DNA of 62,030 nucleotides, filler included, from Sluysia triapertura (Eukaryota), in NCBI GenBank assembly GCA_046118255.1. It is 5 parts of 5 records of this genome, joined end to end, with 100 filler letters (N's around TTAATTAATTAA, not from the genome) between each part and the next. Parts side by side here need not be neighbours in the genome. Positions count along the whole stretch, not along the records: positions 11,377 to 24,324 come from JBJNIA010070173.1; positions 24,425 to 39,218 come from JBJNIA010248758.1; 3 more parts are not named here. One strand, written 5' to 3'. Under the pieces are notes generated by a model. That model saw only the letters and a program-made list of their open reading frames with translations. It had not been told where the DNA came from and ran no database searches. Below, one piece after another: positions 14,746 to 26,639 of this stretch. Numbering within the stretch: position 1 is the first letter of the stretch; each line of letters begins with the position of its first letter. Both the position numbers and the translations under genes were made by a program.

Positions 14746-15145
14746 ATGATAATAAAATTTCCCTATAAGCCATATCCTTAACAGTTGTCAATGATGAAGA
14801 TAATAGTTAATGGACTTAATTCTAGAAACAATTGTCTTTTTGAATCACCAACTGGTACTGGAAAGACCATGATAATATTATGTTCAACTTTGGAATGGCT
14901 TAGAAATTATAATGAAATTTCAACCTATGCTGACAAAAAAAATGAAGACCGTACGAATTATTTAAGCATCTAGAACCCACAAGTAGGTTTTTCAAGTTGT
15001 TCGTAAATTAAGTAATTGGGAGTCGTCGTTACAATTCCATAAACACTAAGGCGCTTAATTCAAATAATAGTGATCAAATATGCAGGGATCTCTGTGATGA
15101 AAATTTATGTATTTTTAGAAACAATGTATCTAAGAAAAAAAATTG
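14746..15145 (+). pseudogene. FANCJ/BRIP1-like (XPD-family Fe-S helicase) 5' fragment, pseudogene
   Basis: [38 protein letters not shown] (Q motif plus Walker A), then II*ASRTHK*VFQVVRKL (motif Ia) and IGSRRYNSIN...QICRDLCDENLCIF (Fe-S region). It has stops and frameshifts and ends at the 3' end of the retrotransposon. Confidence 0.8.
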
Positions 15146-15149
15146 TAGA

Positions 15150-18100
15150 TAATGTACAATAATATAAATAATATACAAACTAAAAACATAAATCTAAAAC
15201 GCACAATAAAAAGATAATAATAATAATACCGAAAATATATTAATTAAAATTGAAAACAGTCGCTCGAAGGCAGTTTTAATATAAAAATGATCAGTCAAGA
15301 GGATTAGAATGTAAAATCACATAAAAGTTAATAATTTATAATATTGTTTATCTATGCAGGATCAGCAGCAGCAGCAGTAACTGTATCTGGAACCACATTT
15401 GGGCTTGGAAGTTTTGGGTACCGAGAAAGAATGTGATTGACGTAGATGTGATATGACATCTTCACCATATCCAAAGAGATGTCTACCAAGAGTTTGTTAA
15501 TAACGTGTTTATTGAATTTGAATTTTTTAAGGATAGCTACTTTTTCTGGGTTCATTGTGCCAAGTATTGGGAATATTAGGGTGAAAATTTTAACTTTACA
15601 ACGAACTATTTTACTTAGATGTTGAGAGAAAGATTAATATTTTAAGGAATTTTTTTGTGAATATCAGGGTTTTAACATCAATTAAGTAGTAACACTTGTC
15701 AAATTTAAACAGTAAGTCAGGGAGTTGCCTTTTAATTTCATCAGAAACATCAGAGAAATTGGAAAAATGAGTGCACTGAATATCGCAATCTACATCAATA
15801 CCATTATCTTGGAGAAAGTTTGTAACAAGTATGAGTTCAAGACTGTGGCGCATAGTGATAAGGCTAGAATTTAAGGTGTAATGATTAAGTACATGTGTAG
15901 CAGATTCACATTTGAATGTACATCTTCGATAATTTCTAGGAATGTTAAATTTCCAGTTCTGCCCAGTAAAGTTAAGTGCTAGAGTATTCGTTCGTGTTTT
16001 AAGTAGAAAAAAGAAAGTGTTATTAGGAAGCTCAGCATTCAACTACAGTCTATTTGTGATGCGAAATTGTGCAAGGGATGAGCTGAGCAGGGATTGACAC
16101 TTCAAGGATTGCCAACGATAGAAATGAGATAACCCAATTAGTTGGTGGAAAGCCTGAGTAAGGTCATCCTTTTCATCCTCTGTGAAAGAATACAACGTAT
16201 CTTGAAGGGAAAGATTGATAGAAAAGGAATCTTCAGCAAAGGCAAACAAAACATGAATATTATGTTTAGATTTCAATGCTTTACAGCAATCCCTAACATT
16301 AGGTCAAAGCGTAGATTTAGAGGGTTGTAATCAAGTCAGGATTCCGAAAGTATAGTTTGGCATCTAATTTAAGGTAATCAAGAGAAAAATAGCGTAACGT
16401 TTTATCACTAGAGGTAAAAATTCTGAAGCAGTGAAGTACTGTTTGAATTAAGTATTCTCTGTGGTATAGTCAACAGTGGTATAGAATAAGTCAATAGAGG
16501 TAGAGCGAAAATATAATTCAAGGGTAGGTAGAAGAAGGTTTCTAAAACTTCTATCGAAAGAAGGAGTATAATTTTCAATATTTGAATCATTAGAGTGCAT
16601 TTTGCCTTTCCAAGCTGGGTTCTAAAAATTTTGCATTCTCTAAAACGATAAGGAAATCGTGAAAGTATAAAGATTGTTATTGCCCTTATTTTCTGTACTG
16701 GATGAAGGCGAGAGTTTAAAATCTTTGAAGAATCAGAGAGAGTAGTTTGAAGTAGAGATATTATTGATAGATGTTTAGCACTACCAATGTTTGAGCCGAG
16801 ATAGGTGTAGTGATTTTTAGAATCAATAATAGGAACTGGAATGTTATAAATACTCAAAGATGGTTCTATATTTTTCTTAATAGTATTCAGATAACCACAT
16901 TTATCAGGGCGAAATTTCAGATTAATGTAAGAAGAAATACTGGAAAGGTTCCTCTTATATGGTGTCGATTTTCTTCTGGAGGGATGTTCTTTTCTGTTTT
17001 AAGTTTAGAAGGCACAGCATGATAGGCAGTTTCCAAGGCAGCTGTAGAATCAATAGCACCAGAGAAAAGAAGGGAAATGGCATGCAGTAGAATTGGATGA
17101 ATTTTCGTATTCTTTTTAGACTGGTGTGATTCAAGAATTTCATCAATAGATGAAAGTAATATTAAAAGTAATATTGAAAGTATCAGTAAGATTAAAAGGT
17201 CAATGTAAAATCTAGCATACTAATAGGAAAAATGTAAAATGCAATATCCACAGAAAACACTATCAGAAGGTTGGACGGAGGCATTAAGAAGGTTACACTG
17301 AACAATCGAAAGGGAAATATCATCATTATCATCAAGGAAGGAAAATTTATTAACGATGGAATTCAAAACAGTATGCAGTTGAGTAAGATTATACTTATTG
17401 TCGAACTAAGAGGATCATAAAGATAAGAAGAATTGGTAACTCGATCTGCTATAAAGTGAAGCCAATGATTTTGTTCCCAAAGTATATATAATTCTCCATT
17501 GGAACATTCGTGCAGATCACCAGCTAGAAGAAATATAGAACAAACAGGCTTAATTATCTTGGTTGTAGAACAGAGGCAAGAATTTATCCTATGAAATGCT
17601 TCAACTGCATACTGTGATAGTCAATCAGACAGTTTATCACTTTCCGTGACAGGAATATCTACAAGTCTATCAAGTTGAAGGGAAAAGTCAGTAATAGTTT
17701 GAAAATGATTAAAAAGAAAAGAGACGGTCATGATTTGAGAGCAGTGTGAGCAAAAGAAACAGACATCTTTTGGATTTTGTGAATGAGTAGCCAAATGTCG
17801 AATTAATTTATTATTGGAACCAGTTAGAGTAAAAGTTTTAAAACATCGATCAATAAGGCATTGTGCAAGGCAAGTAGAATGATTGAAATAGAGTGATAAG
17901 ATAAAGCAAATGAAACTGCACTAACACCAGCAAGTTTCTTTTCAAAAACACTAACTCTGGTGCAATGTTTTTGTTGAAACAGGCGAAGAATAAATCCACA
18001 AACTAAGGAACCGCAATCATAACAATTTGTGTGTAACGAATGGGGGCGGGGAGGAATAACGGAGTAAGATGGATGATGGTAAGAGAGAAAATTCTGAAAG

Positions 18101-19900
18101 AAATTTCTGCACTTTGGAGAGTTGAACAGCATCAAGATCATTGGAGAGGGGATCAAATAATTCTGCGAATGCAATAATTTTATAGGCAACAACCAAGAAC
18201 CAATGTTTATGATGGTTGAAGATAAAGAATAACTTCGTTGAAGCAGCTGCAATATTTTTGTTAATGAAGGCTTGATGAGTAGGAGAACTACGAAAAAAAG
18301 ATTCTATAGCAAAATCGGAAATAAAGAAGTGTGAAGGGGGTATCTAAACTAGAAACAAACTCAACGATATCATCCGATGCGAAAAGATAAGTAGAATTGC
18401 TGATATCATTGGGTGAAGAAGCAAAGCGAACTCTGGGCTCTAGTTTTTTTTTCAGGTTCTGAAGATATCGCAACTTAAGAATTCTGGAATCCATCCTAAC
18501 TGGAAGATATGTATCATCTTCGAAAAGAAATTGAAGACCATCTAAGAAGTCATCATTAACGGAGTGAGAAGGTAGAGTTTCAGAAGTTAAACTTTCATTC
18601 TCTGTAAGAAAATCAGAATTAGGAGAGGATTCTGAATCAAGAATAATTCAAGAAGGTTTAGCAAGCATATCAGAAGAAGTGGCAATAGTTGGTGTTGTAA
18701 AATCATCATTACACACTAGTTCATTAGCTTTAGAAAAATCATCATTATGCAACAAATCATTAATTTCAATTTTAATGGCATTATTATGCAATTTATTAAA
18801 TTGATTAAAAATATAAGTAATTTTTATTACGTCATTGCGTAATTGATCAGGAAAGTTCTTTATGAAATAAGGACTTATCATTAATTAATAATTTATTGCT
18901 GAGAGAACGATTAAGTTTTCTAACAATGGGAATAGTTTTACTAGAAAGGTTTTTTAAAGCAGTTTTGGTGAGCGTGACCAGCTTTGGTTGCTTAACATAA
19001 AGGTAAGAGATGGAATTGTTACCATATAAAGCTTGGAATTCGTTATTAATACGACTAAGATAGATAGAAGAAGTGTGAACAAACTCATCAGTTGTTATAA
19101 TGTGACTTAAGTTAGCAAAAGAGTAAAAAGAATATTCCGAATGTGTTTACAAAATGAAGGAGGGAATGGAGTTCAGAAATTATGAGAAGAAGAAGAAAGT
19201 TTCTTAATTCATAAGCAATCCGATCAGAAGCAAGCTTAGGAAGTAAAGATCGAAAAAATGAGTTAAAATAGAAAAAGGCGAAGCAGTAACCTTTAATTTT
19301 AGTTTGAAAATTTAAAAAGTTTAAAAAATGGGATTTTAAATTTAAATTTTGGCACAATGAACATAAACTAATCTTATCTGGAGCAACATCATTCTTACTT
19401 CTAGGGTCATGTAGTTCTCGAGCAGGAACCATAGTTGGGATTGAATGCAGTGCCGCTGTAACTTGCTGCGCTGATTTCTTCGGTTTTCGAGCCCCTCCGC
19501 TACTGGGTAAAACATGCGGAGCATTATTTTCATCAGCTGGAATGATCTTCTTTTTCTTCCTGTTGCATTGATTATGTAGCTGTAATTCCTTCTTCGTATT
19601 CTCAGCCTTCTCCATTGCAGTAGTTCGATTACACGTGGAGCAGAGTAGAAACCATAAAATCGTCGGACTCCTTCGCGACTAAGTCCATCGTGAATACGCG
19701 AAGTTTTGATATTCGAAGGTAATCGTGTTTGATCCATATCTATGTTGTCGACTACCATTTTCGAATCCCTCCGCGACTGGGTTTATCATGTATCCACAGA
19801 GTTCCAAAATTTCGATAGCGAGGAGTTGGTACTGATCATGGAAATGTTGTTGGAATGTTTTGCAGGTCCACCTGCCCAATTTTGACAATTGAACAAAATA
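15150..19900 (-). mobile_element. Degenerate RLE-type non-LTR retrotransposon A (NeSL-like) with two Ulp1-like protease domains, zinc fingers, RT thumb, CCHC finger and PD-(D/E)xK endonuclease
   Basis: On the minus strand, in order: protease 1 (KHWFLVVAY...FDPL at about 18200; TNCYDCGSLVC at about 18010); C2H2-type finger CLIDRC...RHLATH and CSHC (17690-17865); protease 2 (NHWLHFIAD...YDPL at about 17465; QPSDSVFCGYC at about 17250); RT end LKFRPDKCGY / YTYLGSNIG (16790-16930); YRRCTFKCESATHVLNHY; RQLPDLLFKFDKCYYLIDVK. Many stops and frameshifts. Ends are approximate. Confidence 0.85.
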
Positions 19901-20224
19901 ATAATTTTGCTAATTGGGTAAGATTATACTGAAAACATTGAAATAAGATTCTTGATGTCCGACGATCACAAAGTTTAAATAAGACGTTTCTGGTAAATAT
20001 ATCATTCATATTTGCCTAAGAAAGTCAAAGAAACAGTTTGTAGAGCAAAATTTCTATATATTTATTGATATAATGCGACTGACAACTTATATAAAATCAA
20101 TGTAAAAACAAAAATTTCATAATACTATTAAATTTCTTTAAAAAGCTTATTATTAAAAATTAAAAATATTAATAAAGCTCAGAGTTTTTTATTTAATTGT
20201 GTATATATTTTTTTAGAATAAACG

Positions 20225-22094
20225 TCAAACTTCCGCCACACTTCGACTTCTGTTCCTATAAAAGCTGGTGTTAAGCAAGGATGTCCTTTGTCTATGACAC
20301 TTTTTTTGCCATGCTGTCTTCATACATCAACCTTAAATTTCACCCTGAAAATGTGGCTTTCTTAACACCGTCAAGTTTGAAGTGCCCCTTACTATTTATA
20401 ATACCCATTTTCCTATCATTAACTCCAAAGTAAACTATACTTATCTCGGATCGAAAATTGGAAGTGCAAAACACTTATCAATTAAGTCTTTACTTAACAC
20501 CGCCCTCTAACTGCACTAAAATAATAGGATCCCGCCTTCATCCTGTTCATAAAATTAGAGCCATCAAAATCTTTATCTTGTCTTGTTCTCCTTATCGATT
20601 TACAGCTTACAAGATATTAAGAAGCAACTCGAGAACGCACAATTGCACTACAATGCTGAGGATACTAATAGAGACACTCCTCCTTTCGACCAAAGCTTTA
20701 GAAACATCCCAAGATCCGCTCTTCCGGTCATCGCCCATTGACTACTTTTACACTACTATTGATTACGGAGGACTCGGCTTTACTTCTCCCTATAGCGAAT
20801 ACTTCAATCAAACTATAGTCCGCTGCTTCCGTATCTTTACCTCTGGCGACAATACTCTTCAATGTTTTTCTCTAGAATATCTTAAGGAAGACTCTAAACT
20901 ATACTATAGGAAACCAGATATTATTACGACACTCAACTGGCTTTCTGGCATAACTAATTCTGAAATGTACCCTCCAAAGTCAACCCTGTTGTCCAACGTT
21001 AGGGACTGCTGTAAGTCTCTTAAATCAAAGCATGATATACAAGTCTTGTTCGCTTTTGTAGATGATTCCTTCTCTATCAACTTAACTCATTTACTTTCTC
21101 CAAAGATGAAAAGGATAACGTCACTCAGGCTTTTCATCAACTGAGAGGTTTGTCTCACTTTCTACGATGAAAGTCCTTGAAATGCCAATCTCTTCTAACT
21201 TCTTTCCTGGCACAGTCTCGCCTTACAAATAGAATGCTCATGAGTTCCGAAATCCCAGATAAGACTTTTTCTTCTTACTCAGAGCCCGAACAAATACTTT
21301 ATCTTTAAACCTCACTGTGCGAAACTTTAAAGAAAATCTTCCCATTAACTGTCATCGATGTTCTTTTAAGTGTGAATCTGCACCTCACGTTCTTAATCAC
21401 TGTCCTTTCAATTCCAGCCTTATCACTTTGCGCCACAACTTAGCATTTGGACTTGTTGCTTCTCTCTTCAGGGATTATGGCATCGATGTCAACTGTGATG
21501 CTCAACGTGTCCTCTTTTCTAACCGACTAGATGTTCCTGACTACATCAAACGTCAGAACCCTGACTTACTCTTTCTATACAATGATTGTTACTTTCTTAT
21601 TGACATTAAAATCCCTTTTGATAAAATCGAGTCTTATCCAGATATTCTTACGGAAGACTCAGTGAAATAATCACAATTCTCCATGCATCTTAGCAGAATC
21701 GTCAGGCGTAAGGTCAAAATATTTACCTTAATCTTTCCGGCGCTGGACACAATGAGCCCCGAGAGTATTAGCATACTTACAAGTTTCAAATTCAGTAGAT
21801 CATCCATAAATAAATTGCTTATTGACATTTCTATGGGAATGGTAAAGATGTCATATAGAATATACATGAACCATTTCTTGTCCCGGTACCCAACAATCAG
21901 ACAATCAACAAATACAGCTAAAACAGCCACACCTCCAGGAGAGGCTTTAGTCCACATACACCAAATTCTGCCCTTCTGAATCCAAAGGAAGATTCTGAAG
22001 AAGTATCCAGTTCGAAGAAAAAATCATTATTTGTACAGCCTTCGAGCAAAGATTTTAGTTAAAATATTTAACACATTTTTGCTATTACTATTAC

Positions 22095-22148
<54 letters not shown>
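20225..22148 (+). mobile_element. 5'-truncated RLE-type non-LTR retrotransposon B, same family as A
   Basis: VPIKAGVKQGCPLSMTLF (RT domain 4), SRLHPVHKIRAIKIFILS, GGLGF, CHRCSFKCESAPHVLNHC and RQNPDLLFLYNDCYFLIDIK. Collinear and clearly similar to element A. Shares the 3' UTR motif GCCTTCGAGC and is followed by (TAT)n at 22083-22148. Confidence 0.88.
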
Positions 22149-22149
<1 letters not shown>

Positions 22150-22150
22150 T

Positions 22151-22390
22151 TGTAACGTTACTTTATTTCATTTTAAGGTTCGATACTAAAACAGTATCTT
22201 CGTAAAATATACTTAAAATACATTTACTAAAATACTTTGAAACTTTTAACAGTTTCACGGAAAATTCTTTTTTAAACTAATTTATCTAAAGATTTAATTA
22301 ACTAACAGTTAGTTATGAAAAATTTTATAAATTTATTATTGATCCTATTTTCTCATTGTGTTTGATAAATATACCTTCACGGAAAACGTC

Positions 22391-22447
<57 letters not shown>

Positions 22448-24050
22448 GAACAGATATTAATTTTCATGGTTTTTAAATACGTAAATTTATCACTATAAGT
22501 AAAGATTTAATGAAAGTATAATTTTGACAACCTAAGATCATTTATCTCCAACACAAATCCTTTTAATAGGATTTCCGTAAAATAATTTATAAACGATTTT
22601 CATTGTTATAGTTAAAATTACAAACCGCTTTCAGTGTTGTAACTAAAATACCTCCAGATCTTGATTATTGTGAATTGTCCTTATAAAATTGAAAAGCAAC
22701 TAAATACCCACAGACCTTAACTTTAGAGCATTTGTAAACTTAAGCAAACATTAAGATATTTTCCTTAGTGAAAATCCTTTCAATTATATCTATAAATCAA
22801 ACGGCTATCCCTAACTGGTAAGTCTAGTACGTTGGTGGACTCACATTAAAATCCTACTTTATTCTATCTCACTTTACATTCCCACATAAAATCAACTGGT
22901 GCCCGGAGTGAGGAACAGTAGTGAAACAATACTTTGTAAACATAAAGATTAAGAAGAATTTAACGACCAGTATTGATATATTATAAAATTAAAGAATAAT
23001 TTGAGAATCAATATTAAGATTTAAGTATTTAAGCATTTAAGGAGAAGCTTTAGACTAATTGTATTACGATTTTATTAAGAATAAGTTAAAATTTGAGCAA
23101 AATTATTATTCCTTAAGTTGATTATTAATAGATTAAGTAAGTTTTAAGAAAAATAGATAAACAAATTGTACTACACAATAACTGCAGATCAAAATTAAGA
23201 AATTGTATGGATATACCTAATGATTTTAAAGAATATATGGCTCATTTAGCCAGAGAAATGCGTCCATTAATGGAATTACGCGAAATGAAAAAATTGACGG
23301 AGTAGAGGAAGATCTCTGCGATTTCTTATTCGAATATGAAAGCACGGCTGAAGCAAACGGCTGGAATTAAGCCGAAAAAATAAAACGAATCCAAAATTAT
23401 TTAACTGGAGTAATAATAATAAACAGACTTGGAATGAATTTGTTAACGCATTTACTGAAGAAAGATCACTTGGTGACATGAGAAAATATTATGTTAAAAT
23501 GTTAAACTCTAGGATACAAAAGCCAAATGAATCTGTAAATGAATACGCTTGTGCTCTTAAAAGCCTTGTTGCTAGAGCTAAAATCCCTGACGATAAAAAG
23601 GAAATAACATTAATAGATAAATTAAAAACTGGGTTACGACCAGAATTAATAACATATGTTACCTTAATAGAAGGAAAACATTTTAAGGAAGTAATTAAGA
23701 AGTGTAGATCTTTCATATAAGTATAAAAAGAATAAGAATAATATTGATTATATAAGTGACAATGAAGAAAAGGAGATAAAAGTCCGAAATTAAGAAGAAA
23801 TAATTATGATGATAATAAATTTAATTATGAAGGATATGACAGTAACTACAATAGCCCACGCAGAGGCAATGATAATTCAAATTCAAATAGAAATAATTTT
23901 AGAGGTAATTCAAACAATTATAGAAGTAAGTCAAATAATTATAATTATAGAGAAAATAATAATAGAGATAGAGGATTCCAAAACAATAGAACAAATAATT
24001 ATGTAACAATGAGATTAAATACCTAATAATAACGGAATTACTAGAACATG
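22151..24050 (+). mobile_element. Ty3/gypsy-like LTR retrotransposon remnant (family L1): 5' LTR, PBS and degenerate gag
   Basis: LTR from about 22151 (TGTAAC) to 22886 (CCCACA), delimited by similarity to the solo copy at 25647-26240. PBS at 22897. Gag-like text DFLFEYESTAEANGWN and RIQKPNESVNEYACALKSLV...LKTGLRPEL, followed by an Asn/Arg-rich tract. Confidence 0.8.
22897..22914 (+). promoter_or_regulatory. Retroelement primer-binding site, probably elongator tRNA-Met
   Basis: TGGTGCCCGGAGTGAGGA has reverse complement TCCTCACTCCGGGCACCA, a CCA-ended tRNA 3' end resembling animal elongator tRNA-Met (..TCCTCACACGGGGCA-CCA, from memory). Confidence 0.7.
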
Positions 24051-24324
24051 GAAATACCAAATTGGGAATTGAAAATTTGCTTCTATTTATAGGTAAATTT
24101 TAAACAACCATCTTACTTGTTTATTAAATTTTTTTTATTTTATTATTTTAAACTTAAAATTTATCATATCAAATTTTGTTGATTAATGTAAAACTTATTT
24201 TAGAAATTATTTATTTTAAAATATTATTTTATAATAAAAATAATAAAATCAAGTAAGGAAATTAAAAAATATAATAATAATTTATCACATAAAATTTAAC
24301 CCTTTGAGTGCCAACAAGCGCGAT

Positions 24325-24424
24325 NNNNNNNNNNNNNNNNNNNNNNNNNNNNNNNNNNNNNNNNNNNNTTAATTAATTAANNNNNNNNNNNNNNNNNNNN
24401 NNNNNNNNNNNNNNNNNNNNNNNN
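24325..24424. other. Artificial contig linker
   Basis: N44-TTAATTAATTAA-N44. The preceding contig ends inside a piggyBac-like terminus, TTAA-CCCTTTGAGTGCC. Confidence 0.95.
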
Positions 24425-25646
24425 AGTGATGTTAAGTGATAGATTATTGTAGTTTAAATGTATTAATATAATATATTTGAAGTACATAATAAGTTTAACG
24501 TGTGTTATATTTTAGGTGTTATTATGAGTGTAAGATGTGGCGGAGGTGTAATGTGTATTGGATATTTGTGATTGCATGTGTTAGAGGTTGGTGAATGAGT
24601 TGAACACTACAGTATGTTAAGAACTAGCATTACAAAAACAGAAAGATTATGTTCTTTGTATTTTAAAAGATAATTTTTTTAATAATAAAAAAGATAAAAT
24701 TTTAATAATAATATTAACATTATTGTTATTATTATTACTATCATCATTTTATTTATGCATTATTTGTACAAACAATTTTATTAATTTATTAATTTTGTAA
24801 CTACTTCTATCAATGATGACACTATTAATTTATAAGGTCAGTTTGTTGTCATTATTGATAGTGGTTTGGTCTTCAGCAGAGATAAAATTTTCTTATCTTT
24901 TAACTTGCCATCAGTCGACAGGCATTTAAAATCATTTAGTGTTGGTTTATTAACTGTCGAATGATGACAGTTGATCATGTGTTATTGTCTGCTTGTTTTG
25001 ATTCAACACTTTACTGACTGACAAATTAAAATTATTAATATTGTTCTCTTCTCTTGTTTTGATTAGGCAGCCACTCACAACGTGCAAAAATTGTGTTGAG
25101 TTGAAAGCAAATGATTTTATTGGATTAATAAACAGTAGTTAGTAAGAGAGTTGCATTAGTAAAAAAATTTTATCATCAAAAGTACATAATACTACTTGTT
25201 TATTGTAAAAATTTTAATAATAAACTTAAAGTATTTAGATTATAATTTTATTAACAGAAGTTAAAAGAAAATTTGTCGACAGTATTAGTTTGTCAAGTAT
25301 GTTAAAAATTGAAATAGCAAAATCTAATGAAGATTCTTCGAATGATGTAATAGTAACAATTGATGATATTATTACTGGATAATAATATTACTATCACCAA
25401 ATAATTACAGCTCTTGAAAATTATATAGAAACAAATTAAAAATTAGGTAATGGCATGTTTGTAGTTCCTATAAATTTATCTCATACAAAAACAACGATTT
25501 ATTCCAAATTTGCTACATTAGATGATAGTTGTGATGAACTATTTAGTGATTTATTAAAGAATCTTAATGATGATCATGATTGAAAAGAGTCGCTAAATTG
25601 TAAGTTATTAGATGAGTGGACTACTATAGGTCCAGCTGTAATATAT

Positions 25647-25849
25647 TGTGAGAAAGTGTAGAATAAAATTAAGAACTTATTGTGAGTTCACCAATGTACT
25701 GGGCTTACCAGCTATGGCCAGCCGTTGGATTTTTTGATAAATTAAAAGAAAGTCTCAAAATGTAGTGTGCACTAAGAACTTTTAGCTGTTTGGAAGCAAA
25801 TGTGTATTAAAAACTTTTAGTCGTCTGGAGGTAAATCAATTTTAAGAGA

Positions 25850-25891
<42 letters not shown>

Positions 25892-26240
25892 CAAATTTAC
25901 AAGCAGATTTTTCGTTGATTCCTTTATAAGGAATCTTTAAAAATTATTTTACGTAGCTAGAGATAAAAAGACGGACTTTGTAGTTGAAGCTATATAATTT
26001 ATAATAATGAAAATCCAAGGGAATTAATATAATTTATTATTGACAATGTTTTACATCAATACAATAATAATATAAATGTCTATTTTACGTAAATTAACTG
26101 TATAAGTTAATTTTAAAAATAATATTTTGCGTAATAATCTATGAAAAGATCCAACAATTAAATAAAAGAATTTGAGTAAGATTTTTCGTATGATACTATA
26201 CAGTATCTACCTTAAATATAATTAAACTAACGTGGTTTAT
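25647..26240 (-). mobile_element. Solo LTR, family L1
   Basis: Its reverse complement aligns with both ends of 22151-22886 (ACGTTA...TTTAAGGT.GATACT...AGTATC at the start; the GC core and TCTCACA at the end). It contains an internal (AAT)n. Confidence 0.7.
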
Positions 26241-26639
26241 ACCAATAAGTTTGTAATCGTATAAAAATATTCAAGTCGTATTGAAATCGAGATTGAGTCT
26301 CTCAAAGAGTTGTAATTGAAAATTATATTTTTTAAAGTGTGTCCGAGTTCTGAAATTTGGTAGTTTAAGTAGTATCAATTCGGCCTTGACCGAATTGAAA
26401 CAAAATTAAAAATCTTTATAAAAAATTTTATAAACCACGTTAATTAACTAAGATTCAAAAATTTTAAACTAAAATTAATATTCTAATATTTTAAAAATTA
26501 AAAATTATAATATTCAAAGTTAAAATTCCAAATTTAATAATGAATTTGATAATAAAAATTCAACAATTATAATAAATGTATAAAATCAATAATTATTCGA
26601 TTTGTCTGCTATATTTACAAATATTGTGTTCAAATGATG

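Noticed and set aside
14746-21979. Alternative genetic code as an explanation for in-frame stops
   Set aside because: The stops are of mixed types and accompanied by frameshifts, while the STAMBP ORF reads cleanly in the standard code. Ordinary decay explains them.
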